Shown in pieces: positions 50,637 through 62,000 of a stretch of DNA of 64,000 bases. Each line of letters starts with the position of its first letter. Within the stretch, counting starts at the first letter, position 1. The notes under the pieces are model-generated. The model made no database searches, was not told the origin of the DNA, and saw only the letters and a program-made list of their open reading frames with translations. This DNA comes from Dictyostelium discoideum (Eukaryota), in NCBI GenBank assembly GCA_000004695.1, contig CM000151.3, positions 2,496,001 through 2,560,000 of the forward strand, given 5' to 3'. The translations under genes and the position numbers were made by a program.

Positions 50637-51389
50637 TTAATAACTACAATAATTATTAAATGTATATAATGTATCACCTGAACTCATATCAGAGGCAGTA
50701 GTATTAAAGAATGGAGAAACGGCTTCACAAATCGTAGTTTGGTCTTGTGGATTAGTACAATTACTTCCATTATTTTCACAGGTCATTGCCATTGGGGTAT
50801 TATTTAAACAGTAAAATTCACTAACTGTACCAAAGATTGGGATAAAAACTTGAGTTTGATTTGAAAAGGTTTCATAATATATAATATCACTATCGCCATC
50901 AGTACAATCACCATAGTTATGTGATACAACAGTTGAACTTGGTGCAATGAATGGTTGATCCTTGGTAATTTGAATGAGATAATAAATTTCTGGTGTTGAT
51001 GATGAGGATGATGAGGAGGATGATGAATCATAATTTACTGATTGATAAAATGAGTTGAATACTAAATCTTTACCAGAGACACATTCACCAATTAAAGCAG
51101 TACGAGTTTTCATTGATTTAATTTCACAAAGTTCTGTTACACCTCCTTTGTTATAGTATTGAGTAAAACTTATTGAATTTTCTTGTTCTAAATATTTAAA
51201 TAACCAATTTCTAGAATTATCAAAAGTGAAACAAGTATTAATTAAACCGCCATAACCAATACCTGATGGATTTCCACTACATTGTACACTTTCAAATGGA
51301 ATGAAATTTACATATAATTTTTGATATGCATTTGAAAAACTAATTAATAATAATACTATTAAAAGTAATGGTGAAATTATTTGTTTCAT
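50637..51389 (-). CDS. Hypothetical secreted cysteine-containing protein, 250 aa (signal peptide, poly-Ser hinge)
   Basis: N-terminal hydrophobic signal MKQIISPLLLIVLLLISFSNA. No family recognised. Confidence 0.6.
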   Translation of the reverse strand: MKQIISPLLLIVLLLISFSNAYQKLYVNFIPFESVQCSGNPSGIGYGGLINTCFTFDNSRNWLFKYLEQENSISFTQYYNKGGVTELCEIKSMKTRTALIGECVSGKDLVFNSFYQSVNYDSSSSSSSSSSTPEIYYLIQITKDQPFIAPSSTVVSHNYGDCTDGDSDIIYYETFSNQTQVFIPIFGTVSEFYCLNNTPMAMTCENNGSNCTNPQDQTTICEAVSPFFNTTASDMSSGDTLYTFNNYCSY

Positions 51390-52177
51390 TTTTTATTTTT
51401 TATTTTATTTTTATATATATATTGCGTGTGTATGTGTTTCTATTTGTTTTGTTTAGTTATTATAATATTTTTTTTTTTTTTTTTTTTTTTTATAAACTTA
51501 AATAGTTTTTTTTTTTAAAAAAAGAAATAACTGTTTATTTTTTTATTTTTTAAAAGAAAATGAGTTTTTGATTTTATTTTTAAAAGGCACGACCAAAGTG
51601 GTAATAAAGCTTCAAGAATTTCAGACCTGTGATGAAAAATTTCTTTTTATTTTTCATTTTTTCAAAATATCTTGATATTTTTTGTTTTTTTTTAACGAAA
51701 GAATGAAAAAAAAAAAAAAAAAATTAATTAAATTATTATTTTAGTTTTTTTAGGTCGCAAAGGGGAAGACAGAGAATATAAAGAGAAACCTTTTGAAAAG
51801 ACACATTTCATTTTAGGTTATAATTAACTTTTTTTTTTCATTCAAAAAAAAAAAATAAAAATAAAAAAACAGACAGAAGCGTAGATATATTTTTTTTTTT
51901 TTTTATAAATACATTCAAGTTTAAAACAAATATTTATTTTTTAAAAAAATAAGATAATTAATTTATTAAAAATAAATAAAATTAAAAAAAAAAAAAAAAA
52001 AAAAGATAAATGTATCATTTTAGACAATTTTTTGATGATTAATTAAATAATAAAAAAAATAATGAAAAAAATTTGAAGATTAATTAAATAATAAAAAAAA
52101 AAAAAATTATTTTAAAAATTTTTGGGGAAAAATGATAATAACAAATAATATTATTAATAAATTTTATTACAAGTTTA

Positions 52178-52387
52178 TTAATTATTTTTATAATTGCATT
52201 CATCTTTACAATTTTTTAAAACTGCTCTACATTTTGGATTTAATAATGCTCCTTTTGGACAATCTTTATAAAAATTTGGTTCTTTATTAATACAATCTAC
52301 GAAACAGGTAATATCTTTCCCATTTACTGCATTTAAATTTGAAAGTAATGAGAAAATCACTAAAATAGCTATTAAAAATTTTAACAT
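52178..52387 (-). CDS. Small secreted 8-cysteine peptide (69 aa precursor), paralog A
   Basis: Signal peptide MLKFLIAILVIFSLLSNLNA. Mature part ..C..DC......Y.DC......C......C...C similar to paralog B. Confidence 0.6.
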   Translation of the reverse strand: MLKFLIAILVIFSLLSNLNAVNGKDITCFVDCINKEPNFYKDCPKGALLNPKCRAVLKNCKDECNYKNN

Positions 52388-53128
52388 GATTATTTTTTAT
52401 TTTTTATCTTTTTTTATAAAAAACCATAAAAATATATATATATTAATATATATAAATAAAATTTTTTTTTAAAGTTTTTTTTGATATATTTATTTATTTT
52501 TTACCTTTTTTAAATTATATTCCGATTTTTTAATAATAAAAAAAATAGTATCCAATTTATATACAAAAAAAAAAAACGATAAAATAATAAAATATAATAA
52601 AAAAAAAAAAAAACAATTAAAATTGTAAAATAAACCAATATCGGATAAAAGATAGGGCAATGTATGAATGTGTTGGTGTATGAAACCCGACATTAAAATT
52701 AAAAATAGGTCTGTTTTTTATTCAACTCCCACAAACACCACACATGATTTTAAGTTTTTTTATATTTTTTTATTTTTTATTTTTAATTATAACTTAATTT
52801 TATTTTCCCTATATAAACCATTTGTTTTTTGGATTTGGTTGGCAAAAACTAAATATAAAAAATTATCACATGTGGTATGGGTATGGGTTTTGATTACAAA
52901 TCTAATTTATTTTAAATTTTTATTTCCATTTTTAAATATTTACAAAAATGTAAATTAAATCTTAAAATTTAAAATATCTTTGATAAGATTATTTTATTTG
53001 CAATTAAAAATTAAAATACTTAGAATAGAAATAATAAAAATAATAAAAAAAATAATAATAATAATAATATAAATAATAATACTACCAATAATAATAATAA
53101 TAATACTACTAATAATTATACTACTAAT

Positions 53129-53188
<60 letters not shown>

Positions 53189-53397
53189 AATAATAGTAAT
53201 AATAAAAATAAAAATAATGATAATAAAAATAATAATAATGATAATAATAATAATTATTATAATTAATATTGAAAAAGGTTTTCTTATTTTTTTTTTTATT
53301 AAAATTAAATAATTAAATTAAATTAAAATAATTAAAGTAATAAAAATTTTTATTATTTTTAATTTTTATAATTTTAAAATTTAAATTTTTAAAATTA

Positions 53398-53601
53398 TTA
53401 ATGTTTTGCGCAACTAGCTTTGCATCTTCTAATAATATTTTTACAAGCAGTTCCTTTATAAACGTCTGTACAATCAATTGTATAATTTGGGTCATGATCA
53501 AGACAATCAAGAACACATTGCACTTCATATTTATTTTCTGATACTACCCACGAAATATTTAATGACAATAATAATACTAAAATTAATAAAAATAATTTTT
53601 T
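53398..53601 (-). CDS. Small secreted 8-cysteine peptide, paralog B, exon 2 (KKLFLLILVLLLSLNISWVVSENKYEVQCVLDCLDHDPNYTIDCTDVYKGTACKNIIRRCKASCAKH*)
   Basis: Correct frame differs from track ORF 53313-53528. Cys spacing matches paralog A. No in-frame ATG, so an upstream ATG exon is required. Confidence 0.55.
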   Translation of the reverse strand, partial: KKLFLLILVLLLSLNISWVVSENKYEVQCVLDCLDHDPNYTIDCTDVYKGTACKNIIRRCKASCAKH

Positions 53602-53689
53602 CTATTATTTTATTATTTATTTTTTTTATTTGGAATTATTAATATATATTTTTATATTTAAATATGAAATTCTAAAATATCAAAGTTAC

Positions 53690-53692
53690 CAT
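53690..53692 (-). CDS. Paralog B exon 1 (ATG only), donor GTAACT at 53689-53684, 82-bp intron, acceptor TAG at 53602-53604
   Basis: AAAAAATG|GTAACT... gives M + KKLFLLILVLLLSL, a canonical signal peptide. Confidence 0.45.
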
Positions 53693-54407
53693 TTTTTAAA
53701 ATTTTGTTTTTTTTTTAATAATATTTGATTAAAAATGGAAAAATAAAATAAAAACTTTTTATTCTTTTATTCTTTTTTTTATATTTTTTTATATAAAAAA
53801 AATTAAATTAATTAAAAGTAAAAAAAAAAAAATTAATAAATAATTATCATAAATAAAAAAAAAGAAATTAAATAAATGGATGGTTTTAGTAGTGGATGTA
53901 TGAATGTATTATTTTGTAAAAATTTATTTCATTTTCAAGTAATATTTTATATTTCTTTTTTTTTTTTTTTTTTTATTTTTTTCTATCATGAGTTAAAATA
54001 GAAACACAGATTTTAAAACTAGATTAAAACTATATGTTAGATAAAAATGTTATTATATTTATATTTTTAAAAAACTTTATTTGTTTTTAATTGGATATTC
54101 ATATTTATTTTAAATTTTATTTTGGAAAATGTAAACTTTTTTTTTTTTTTTTTTTTTTTATCAAAAAAAAAACAAGGATTTAAAATTAGATTTAAAAAAT
54201 AACTTCAAAAGGAAAGTTTTATTTATATTATTAAACTTTAATTGGGTATTTTTTATTTTAATTTTTAATTTTTTTTATTTTTTTTTAATTAAAATTAAAG
54301 TATTTTATTTTATTTTATTTTATTTTAAATTTTTTTTTTTTTTTAATTTTTTTAATTTTTTTTTTTTTATATTATTTGTTTTTTTTTATTATTATTATTA
54401 TTTTAAT

Positions 54408-54986
54408 TTAATTAAATTGGTTTGAAATTTTTCTATCTTCATATTCTTTCATTTTACCAATATTTTCATAATAAGAAGATGAAGCAAATGGACCATAACT
54501 TTGATATTTTGTATTTATCATTGATTTGTAGTCAATTTTTCTATTTTTCATATTTTGATATTCTTGACCACGTCCTTTATTTGCCCAGTAGGAACCAGAT
54601 GTTTTTGGACCCAATTTTTCATATTCAGCCAAATCAAAGGGTGGTTTTCCAACTCCATCGATTTTCATAATTTCAGTTGTTGGTCTTTCCATTAAATCGG
54701 TTGTTGAATGTTTACGATAACCTGGGATACTTATAGCATTATCATTGATCCACTCTATAACTTTGTTACCATGTAAATGATTGAATGCTGATAATACCAT
54801 TAAAGAGAGTAATACTGCAAATACTGCTGGAAATAATGCTCTAAAAGTTTCATTAAATGTTAAACTTCTTTGTTGTCTTGATACATTTCTTGCTGGATAT
54901 GGTCCAGTTCTTGATTTATTATAAATATATTTGGTCTCTGAAAATGATCCTCTACGACCACCTGAAAATGTTGATGGAGAATTCAT
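54408..54986 (-). CDS. Hypothetical single-pass membrane protein, 192 aa
   Basis: One hydrophobic segment ALFPAVFAVLLSLMVLSAF. No family recognised. Confidence 0.55.
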   Translation of the reverse strand: MNSPSTFSGGRRGSFSETKYIYNKSRTGPYPARNVSRQQRSLTFNETFRALFPAVFAVLLSLMVLSAFNHLHGNKVIEWINDNAISIPGYRKHSTTDLMERPTTEIMKIDGVGKPPFDLAEYEKLGPKTSGSYWANKGRGQEYQNMKNRKIDYKSMINTKYQSYGPFASSSYYENIGKMKEYEDRKISNQFN

Positions 54987-55006
54987 TTTTAATAAATTAA
55001 TTATTA

Positions 55007-55038
<32 letters not shown>

Positions 55039-55095
55039 TTTAATACATTAAAATATAATTATAATTATTTAAATATGATAATGAAATTATTATTA

Positions 55096-55127
<32 letters not shown>

Positions 55128-55148
55128 TTATTTTTAAATTTTTTAGAA

Positions 55149-55179
<31 letters not shown>

Positions 55180-55770
55180 ATATTAGTTTATAGAAAAAAA
55201 AAAAAAGAAAATAGAAAATTAAAAACACTCTTTTATTGAGAAATTAAAAAAAAAAAATAAATAATAAATAAATTAATTATAAATCTTTTTTTTTCCTTTT
55301 TTAAAATAACTATGGTTTTGACCCCGAAAAAAAAAAATAAAAAAAAAATAAAAAAAAAATAAAAAAAAAAAATAAAAATAGTTTTTATGACTTTTTTTAG
55401 TAATTTTTTTACAGTTTTTTCAAAACAAAACTAAAAGTGGTTAGAAAAACTTTTTCGTTTCTGTCATCATATGAAACATTACTAATGGTATTACAAAAGG
55501 AAAAAAATAAATTATTGCACTATAACTATCCTTACATAAAAAAGGAATGTCCCTTTTTTAATTCTAAAAATATATTATTATGATATTTTAATTAATAAAA
55601 AAATAAAAAAAAATAAAAAATAAAAAAAAGATTCAGATTTTAATTAATTTAATTTTTTCTATTTGTTTATTTTTTTTTTTTTTTAATTAAAATCTTTTTA
55701 TTTTATTTTATTTATTTTTTATTTTTATTTTGAAATATACAATTCAGTTGAGTTTAATATTATATTATTA

Positions 55771-55852
<82 letters not shown>

Positions 55853-56016
55853 TCTATTCATTACCTTTTTTTTAATAAAATTTAGGAAAAAACAATTCTT
55901 AAAAAAAGTAATTATTTTTCCATACTTTTCTAAAAGAATAATTGGGTGGTGTGAAAAACAAAGGTATATACCATGTGTTATTTTTTTTTTTTTTTTTTTT
56001 TCTAATTATTTTAATT

Positions 56017-56048
<32 letters not shown>

Positions 56049-56050
<2 letters not shown>

Positions 56051-56241
56051 ATAAAGTTCCATTATTTACTTTATCTAAAAAGTTCTTTCTTTCTAAATAA
56101 CCATCTTTTTTTTGTTGTTCTATTATATGTTTTTCATTTTCATCTTGATCTTTAAATTTATCCCAATCTAATTTCGATTTTTCCAATGTATTAATTTTCT
56201 TTGGTTTTGATAAATTTGATAATAAATTATTTAATCCTCCT
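56049..56241 (-). CDS. BCNT-like protein, exon 3 of 3: BCNT-C domain (GGLNNLLSNLSKPKKINTLEKSKLDWDKFKDQDENEKHIIEQQKKDGYLERKNFLDKVNNGTL*). Total 320 aa
   Basis: Acceptor TTAATAG|AGG. KSKLDW...F......GYLER..FL is the conserved BCNT-C signature. Confidence 0.55.
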
Positions 56242-56250
56242 CTATTAATT

Positions 56251-56330
56251 AAAAAAATAAAATAAAATAAAATAAAATAAAATAAAATAAAATAAAATAA
56301 AATAAAATAAAATAAAATAAAATAAAATAA
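56251..56330 (+). repeat. (AAAAT)16 microsatellite forming most of the last intron of the BCNT-like gene
   Basis: Perfect pentanucleotide array. Confidence 0.9.
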
Positions 56331-56386
56331 TTAGTATACAACCATAATATTATTAAATATATAATTATATAATTTGATGAAATTAC

Positions 56387-56947
<561 letters not shown>

Positions 56948-57016
56948 CTATTATATTATATTATGTTATAAAATTAATATAAATTTAATTTTATTTAATA
57001 AAATATAAAAACTTAC

Positions 57017-57225
57017 ACTCTTTTTTTATTTGAACCATTATCTGAATCTTTAGTTTTTCTTTTACGTGTTGTTGTGTCATCTTGTTCTTCATCTTCGCTA
57101 TCTCCTGATGATGGTTCATAATCTTCATCCTCACTGTCTTCAATATCCTCTTCAACAAATTCTGGTATTACCACAGTTCTACTTCTGGTTTGAACTACCA
57201 ATTTATTCTTTTCACTTTTTGACAT
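57017..57225 (-). CDS. BCNT/CFDP1/Swc5-like protein, exon 1 of 3 (MSKSEKNKLVVQTRSR...acidic Ser/Asp/Glu stretch...KKR)
   Basis: First ATG at 57225 (track start 57252 is a TTG). Donor GTAAGT at 57016-57011. Confidence 0.55.
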
Positions 57226-57424
57226 GTCTTCGAAATCGTTTTGAAAATACAATATTAAAAATAAAAATAAAAATAAAAAAAAAATTAAAAATTAAAAATA
57301 ATTTTAATAAAAAAAAAAAAAAAAAATTAAAAAAATTAAAATAAAACAACTCAATTTGAATATTATTATTTTAAGGAATATGGATTTATTTATCCAAAAT
57401 TAAATATATTTAATTGTTTTTTGG

Positions 57425-57459
<35 letters not shown>

Positions 57460-57854
57460 CAGTAATGTTTAAATTTTTACATATTTTGAATCAAAATTTT
57501 AATTAATTTTAATTAAAAATATTGTTTCAGTTTATAATTGGAAATATGTAAAATAAAAAAAAAATAAAAAAAAAACCAAAATTTTTAGTTCAAATAGTTA
57601 AATTTTAATTCAGATAAAGCCATGATATTAAAAAAATAAATAAAATAAAAAAAAAGTGTATATGTCGGATCAAAAAAAAAAAAATAAAAAAAAAAAAAAT
57701 AAAAAATTAAAAAAAAACAAATTATTATTTGAAAATTTTTAATTGGGTTAAAAAAAAAAAATGTTCGGACAACTTTTTTTTTTTTACAGAGTTGTAATAC
57801 TTTTCATAAGTGAATGTTTTATTTGTTTTCTGAAAATAAACCAATCCATATTAA

Positions 57855-57894
<40 letters not shown>

Positions 57895-58298
57895 ATTTTT
57901 TTTTTTTTTTTAATTTTTTCAGCCTGAACATTTGTTGTTTTTATCTGTTGGGTCAATAAATATCTATATTAAAAGCCATTTTTTTTTTTTTTTTTCATTT
58001 TTTTTTTTTCATTTTTTTAATTTTTTTTTTTTTTTTTTTTTTTTATTATTGTTGTGTTGTACATAATCTATATTTAGAGGTTTTAATATTTATCTATTTT
58101 TTTTTTATTTAATAATTTTTTTTAATTTTTTTATTAATTCAATTATTTTTGTACATAAAAGAAAAAAAAATAAAAAAAAAAAAAAAAAAAAAAACCCTTC
58201 ACAAAAAAAAAAAAAAAAAAAAAAAAAATTCACCAATTAAGAAATAAGAATTAAGAAATAAGAAATAAGAAATAAAAATAACCTTTATTGTACATTAT

Positions 58299-58330
<32 letters not shown>

Positions 58331-58462
58331 TGGAAAAATCTTTTGGTAAGTTTAACTTTGAAATAGTCAAAAAAAATAAAAAAATAAAAAAAAAAATAAA
58401 AATAAAAAAAAAATAAAAAATTCTTACCAAATTGTAAAATAAATATCTAAACAGCACAACAA

Positions 58463-58555
58463 ATGTTAGAACAACTTTCAGAGAATGTTAGTCAACTTAT
58501 TTTAACAGTTTTAGAATTAAAAGATAAAAATGCAAATTTACCAGTTGTAGAAGTT
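58463..58555 (+). CDS. Very large alpha-helical protein (cytoskeletal linker-like; N-terminus resembles the vinculin/alpha-catenin head), exon 1 (MLEQLSENVSQLILTVLELKDKNANLPVVEV)
   Basis: ATG, then donor GTATGT at 58556. Alignment to vinculin N-terminus ([36 protein letters not shown]) is suggestive only. Confidence 0.5.
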
Positions 58556-58641
58556 GTATGTATAAATACATTATTATTTATTAATATTATTTTTATATAT
58601 TGAATAGTGGATACTAAATGTTTTTTTTTTAATAATACCAG

Positions 58642-58913
58642 ACAGCAATTGCAAATGCAGCATCATCAATATCAGATATTGCAATTAAATTAGCAGATGC
58701 AGAATATTCAAATTATCCAAGTATCTATAATGAAATTATTAATACAACAACAAATATGTCAACAATTAAAAAAACCACAATTGATTGTATTGCAAACTTT
58801 CAAACAACAACTAATAAACAATTATCTTGGTCAAACTTAATTCAATCTTGTAAAAATATTGCAAATGAAACTTATAAAATTTTAAAAGTAATTTATGATG
58901 CAGATATTAAAAG
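58642..58913 (+). CDS. Large alpha-helical protein, exon 2
   Basis: Acceptor CCAG at 58638-58641. Donor GTAAAT at 58914. Confidence 0.5.
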
Positions 58914-58989
58914 GTAAATAAAAAAAATAAAAAAAATAAACAATAAATTTATTAATAATTTATAATTACTAATATTATTTTTCTAAACA

Positions 58990-59028
<39 letters not shown>

Positions 59029-59029
<1 letters not shown>

Positions 59030-62000
59030 TTAAAACATTTAATTGAAACTTGTAAAAATCAATTTAAAAATAATGAAAATTCATTTGGTATGATTGATAG
59101 AGAAGAGTTTAATGGATTTGGAGAATTAGTAAATCAAACTATTTCAAATTTAATTGAATATTCATCATGTTTAGAAGTTAAAGCAAAGGAGAATCAATTA
59201 TCATCTCCATTACAAAATCAATTTATAGATGACGATGACGATGATATTATTAAATTATCACAACAATTGGTAGAGGATGCCAATCGTTTAATTGATATTG
59301 TTAATGATATCTTTTCAGATTTAGACGATCCATCACAAAAACAAAAATTTATAAATCATCAAAATTCATTATTAAATCAATTAAATCATACTTTTAATTT
59401 AATCCAAACAAATTCACCAACTTTATCATTACCAGAATTTACAAATGTAAATAATTATATTCAATCACCAATTCCATCACAATATTCAACTTCAAATATT
59501 AAAACAATTTATAATGATAATAATAATAGTAATAATAATAATAATAATAATAGTATTGAAATTAATAATGAAATTAATAATAATAATAATATTGATAAGA
59601 ATGAAAATAATAATTTACTAAATGATTTAATAAGAGGTATTTCTAAAAGTTGTATTGAAGAATTAAGAGCAGCATGTAGAGGTGATCCAATGGCAACTGA
59701 AACAATTTCAAATTCAATTCAACAATTAATACCAATTTTAAATGATACTTTAAATCAACATATAAAGAATAATAATAATATTAATAAAAATGAAAAAGAG
59801 ATTTTAGAAAAATCAATAAATAAATTAAAGAATGATTTAATTCAAAAATATATTCAATCAGCAACATTAGTAACAAGATCATCAGGTAATCAAAATGTAA
59901 AGAATGATGAAATTAATAAAATGATTGAAGGTTTAGAATCAATTCAAGATTGTTTAAATTCAATCGATGGTATAGTTTCAACAAAAGAAGATCAATTTTT
60001 AAATGCAATTAAAGCAAAAGAAGATGTTTTAACCATTTTATCAGATCATTCAATTGCAAATAATACTCAAGCAATAGTTGGTACATTAAAACACTTAGCA
60101 AAGAATCAACATCAAATTGAAGCATTAATAACAAGTACATCAACAACACCAGATGATGATAATAATAATAATAATAATAGTTCAATTAATCCAGAAATTA
60201 ATGAAGCAGTTTCAAAATTATCAGAATTATTACCATTACAAATTCAAGCTGCAAAACTTTACTTAAAAGATTCAACAAATCTTGAAAATAGAAAACAATT
60301 TACTGATATTTCAAATTCAATGAAATTACCATTATCAAAGATTCAATCATTAATGGAACCATCAACAATTTCAGATTCAAATGAATTATTATCAAAACAA
60401 GAAAATTCTTCAAATCAAGTTTTATTAAATAATATCAACAACAATAGTAACAATAATAATAATAATAATATTGAAGAAAATTCAAAACTAATTGATAAAT
60501 TATTAAAAGATTTAGAAAATGATAATGCAAATTTAGTTGGATTAATTGAATCTGAATTAGTATTATCAAATGATACATTATTAAAAGAATTTGTAAAGAA
60601 AACAATTGATCAACTTTTAAAAGAAGTTCAAAATAGAAGAGATATTGGTATGAATAAATTTTCAAAATCACCATTTGATAAGGATGTAAAACAAGAGTTT
60701 TTAAAATCAAATCAATTGATATCAGATTTATCAAAATCATTAATTGATTGTTTGAAATCATTTGAAGTTGTACCATTATTAAAATTACAATTATTAAATT
60801 GCCATCCACAATCGGTTACACCAAATTCACCAAAATTACAATCAACTCAAAAAGATATAAATAATAGAATTAATTCTATAATTTATAATTACAAAGATCA
60901 AATGCTTGATCAACCATTAATTGAAAATCAAATTAAACAATTAGAATCTTATCAAAATCAATTAAATCAAGAATTATCAAAAGATTTAAATGGTTCAAAA
61001 GATAATTTATCATATATTTTAGATAATATAATTAATAATATATCAAATTTATCAAATTTACCATCTTCCTCCACTAATGATGGTGATGGTGGTGGTCGTC
61101 AAGTAATTATACCAATTGAAAATTTAAATGATGAAATTATTGATGGAATTAATGAAGAGATTAATAAAGAGATTATTAAAGAAAATAAAGAAAATGAAAT
61201 TAAAAGAGATAATGAAAGATTAGAAGAATTGAAACAATTGGAAAATCTATCAAATGACCAAAAACTTTTAAAATTATTTAATGATTTAATTCAATATTTA
61301 AAGAATAATGAAGCAAATAAATCAGTTGTTACATTGAAACAATTAATTGGTGAGCAAGATAAACTAATTCAATTGGGTAATGAAATTAAACAAAATTCAA
61401 ATAGTCAAGATTTTAAAGATCAAATTGATTCTTCAATAAATCTATTTAAAAATTCAATATCCTCTTCAATCGCATTGGCTGGTAAAACTGCAAAAATTAA
61501 TGATGATCCACAATTAACAAAAGCTTGTAAAACTGTTAAAAAATCAATAATTGAATTAACAAGATTATTAAAATTAAATCCATTAATTGAAGAATTATCA
61601 TCATATCAACAAGCTTTATTATTAAAACCACACCCAATTAATGAGAATATAATTAAAGGTTTTAAAGAACATCAAATTAATTCAAGATATTATATTGAAA
61701 CTGCTTATCAAGTTGGTAAAGATGATTTAATATCTCAATCAATTGAAAAAATAGTTTATCAACAAAGTGAACTATTGAAATTGGCTTCAAATCATTTGAC
61801 TTCAAAAGAAGTTTCTGAAACCTTGGATCCAAATATTCAATTACTTTTAGCAAATTCCTTGGAAACTGTAAAGAAATCTATCGTTGATCAAGTTGAAGCT
61901 GCTTTATCATTCTTGGAGAGTGAAAAAAGTGATGATCAAATTGAAAAACTTTTAACAATCCTAGATACAGTTTCAGAGAGTGTTGATAATTGTTCAAAAT

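Noticed and set aside
53313-53528. Track ORF 53313-53528 (71 aa, MKCNVFLIVLIMTQ...)
   Set aside because: It is the wrong frame. The neighbouring frame gives an 8-Cys peptide paralogous to 52178-52387 with a proper signal peptide once the ATG|intron is modelled.
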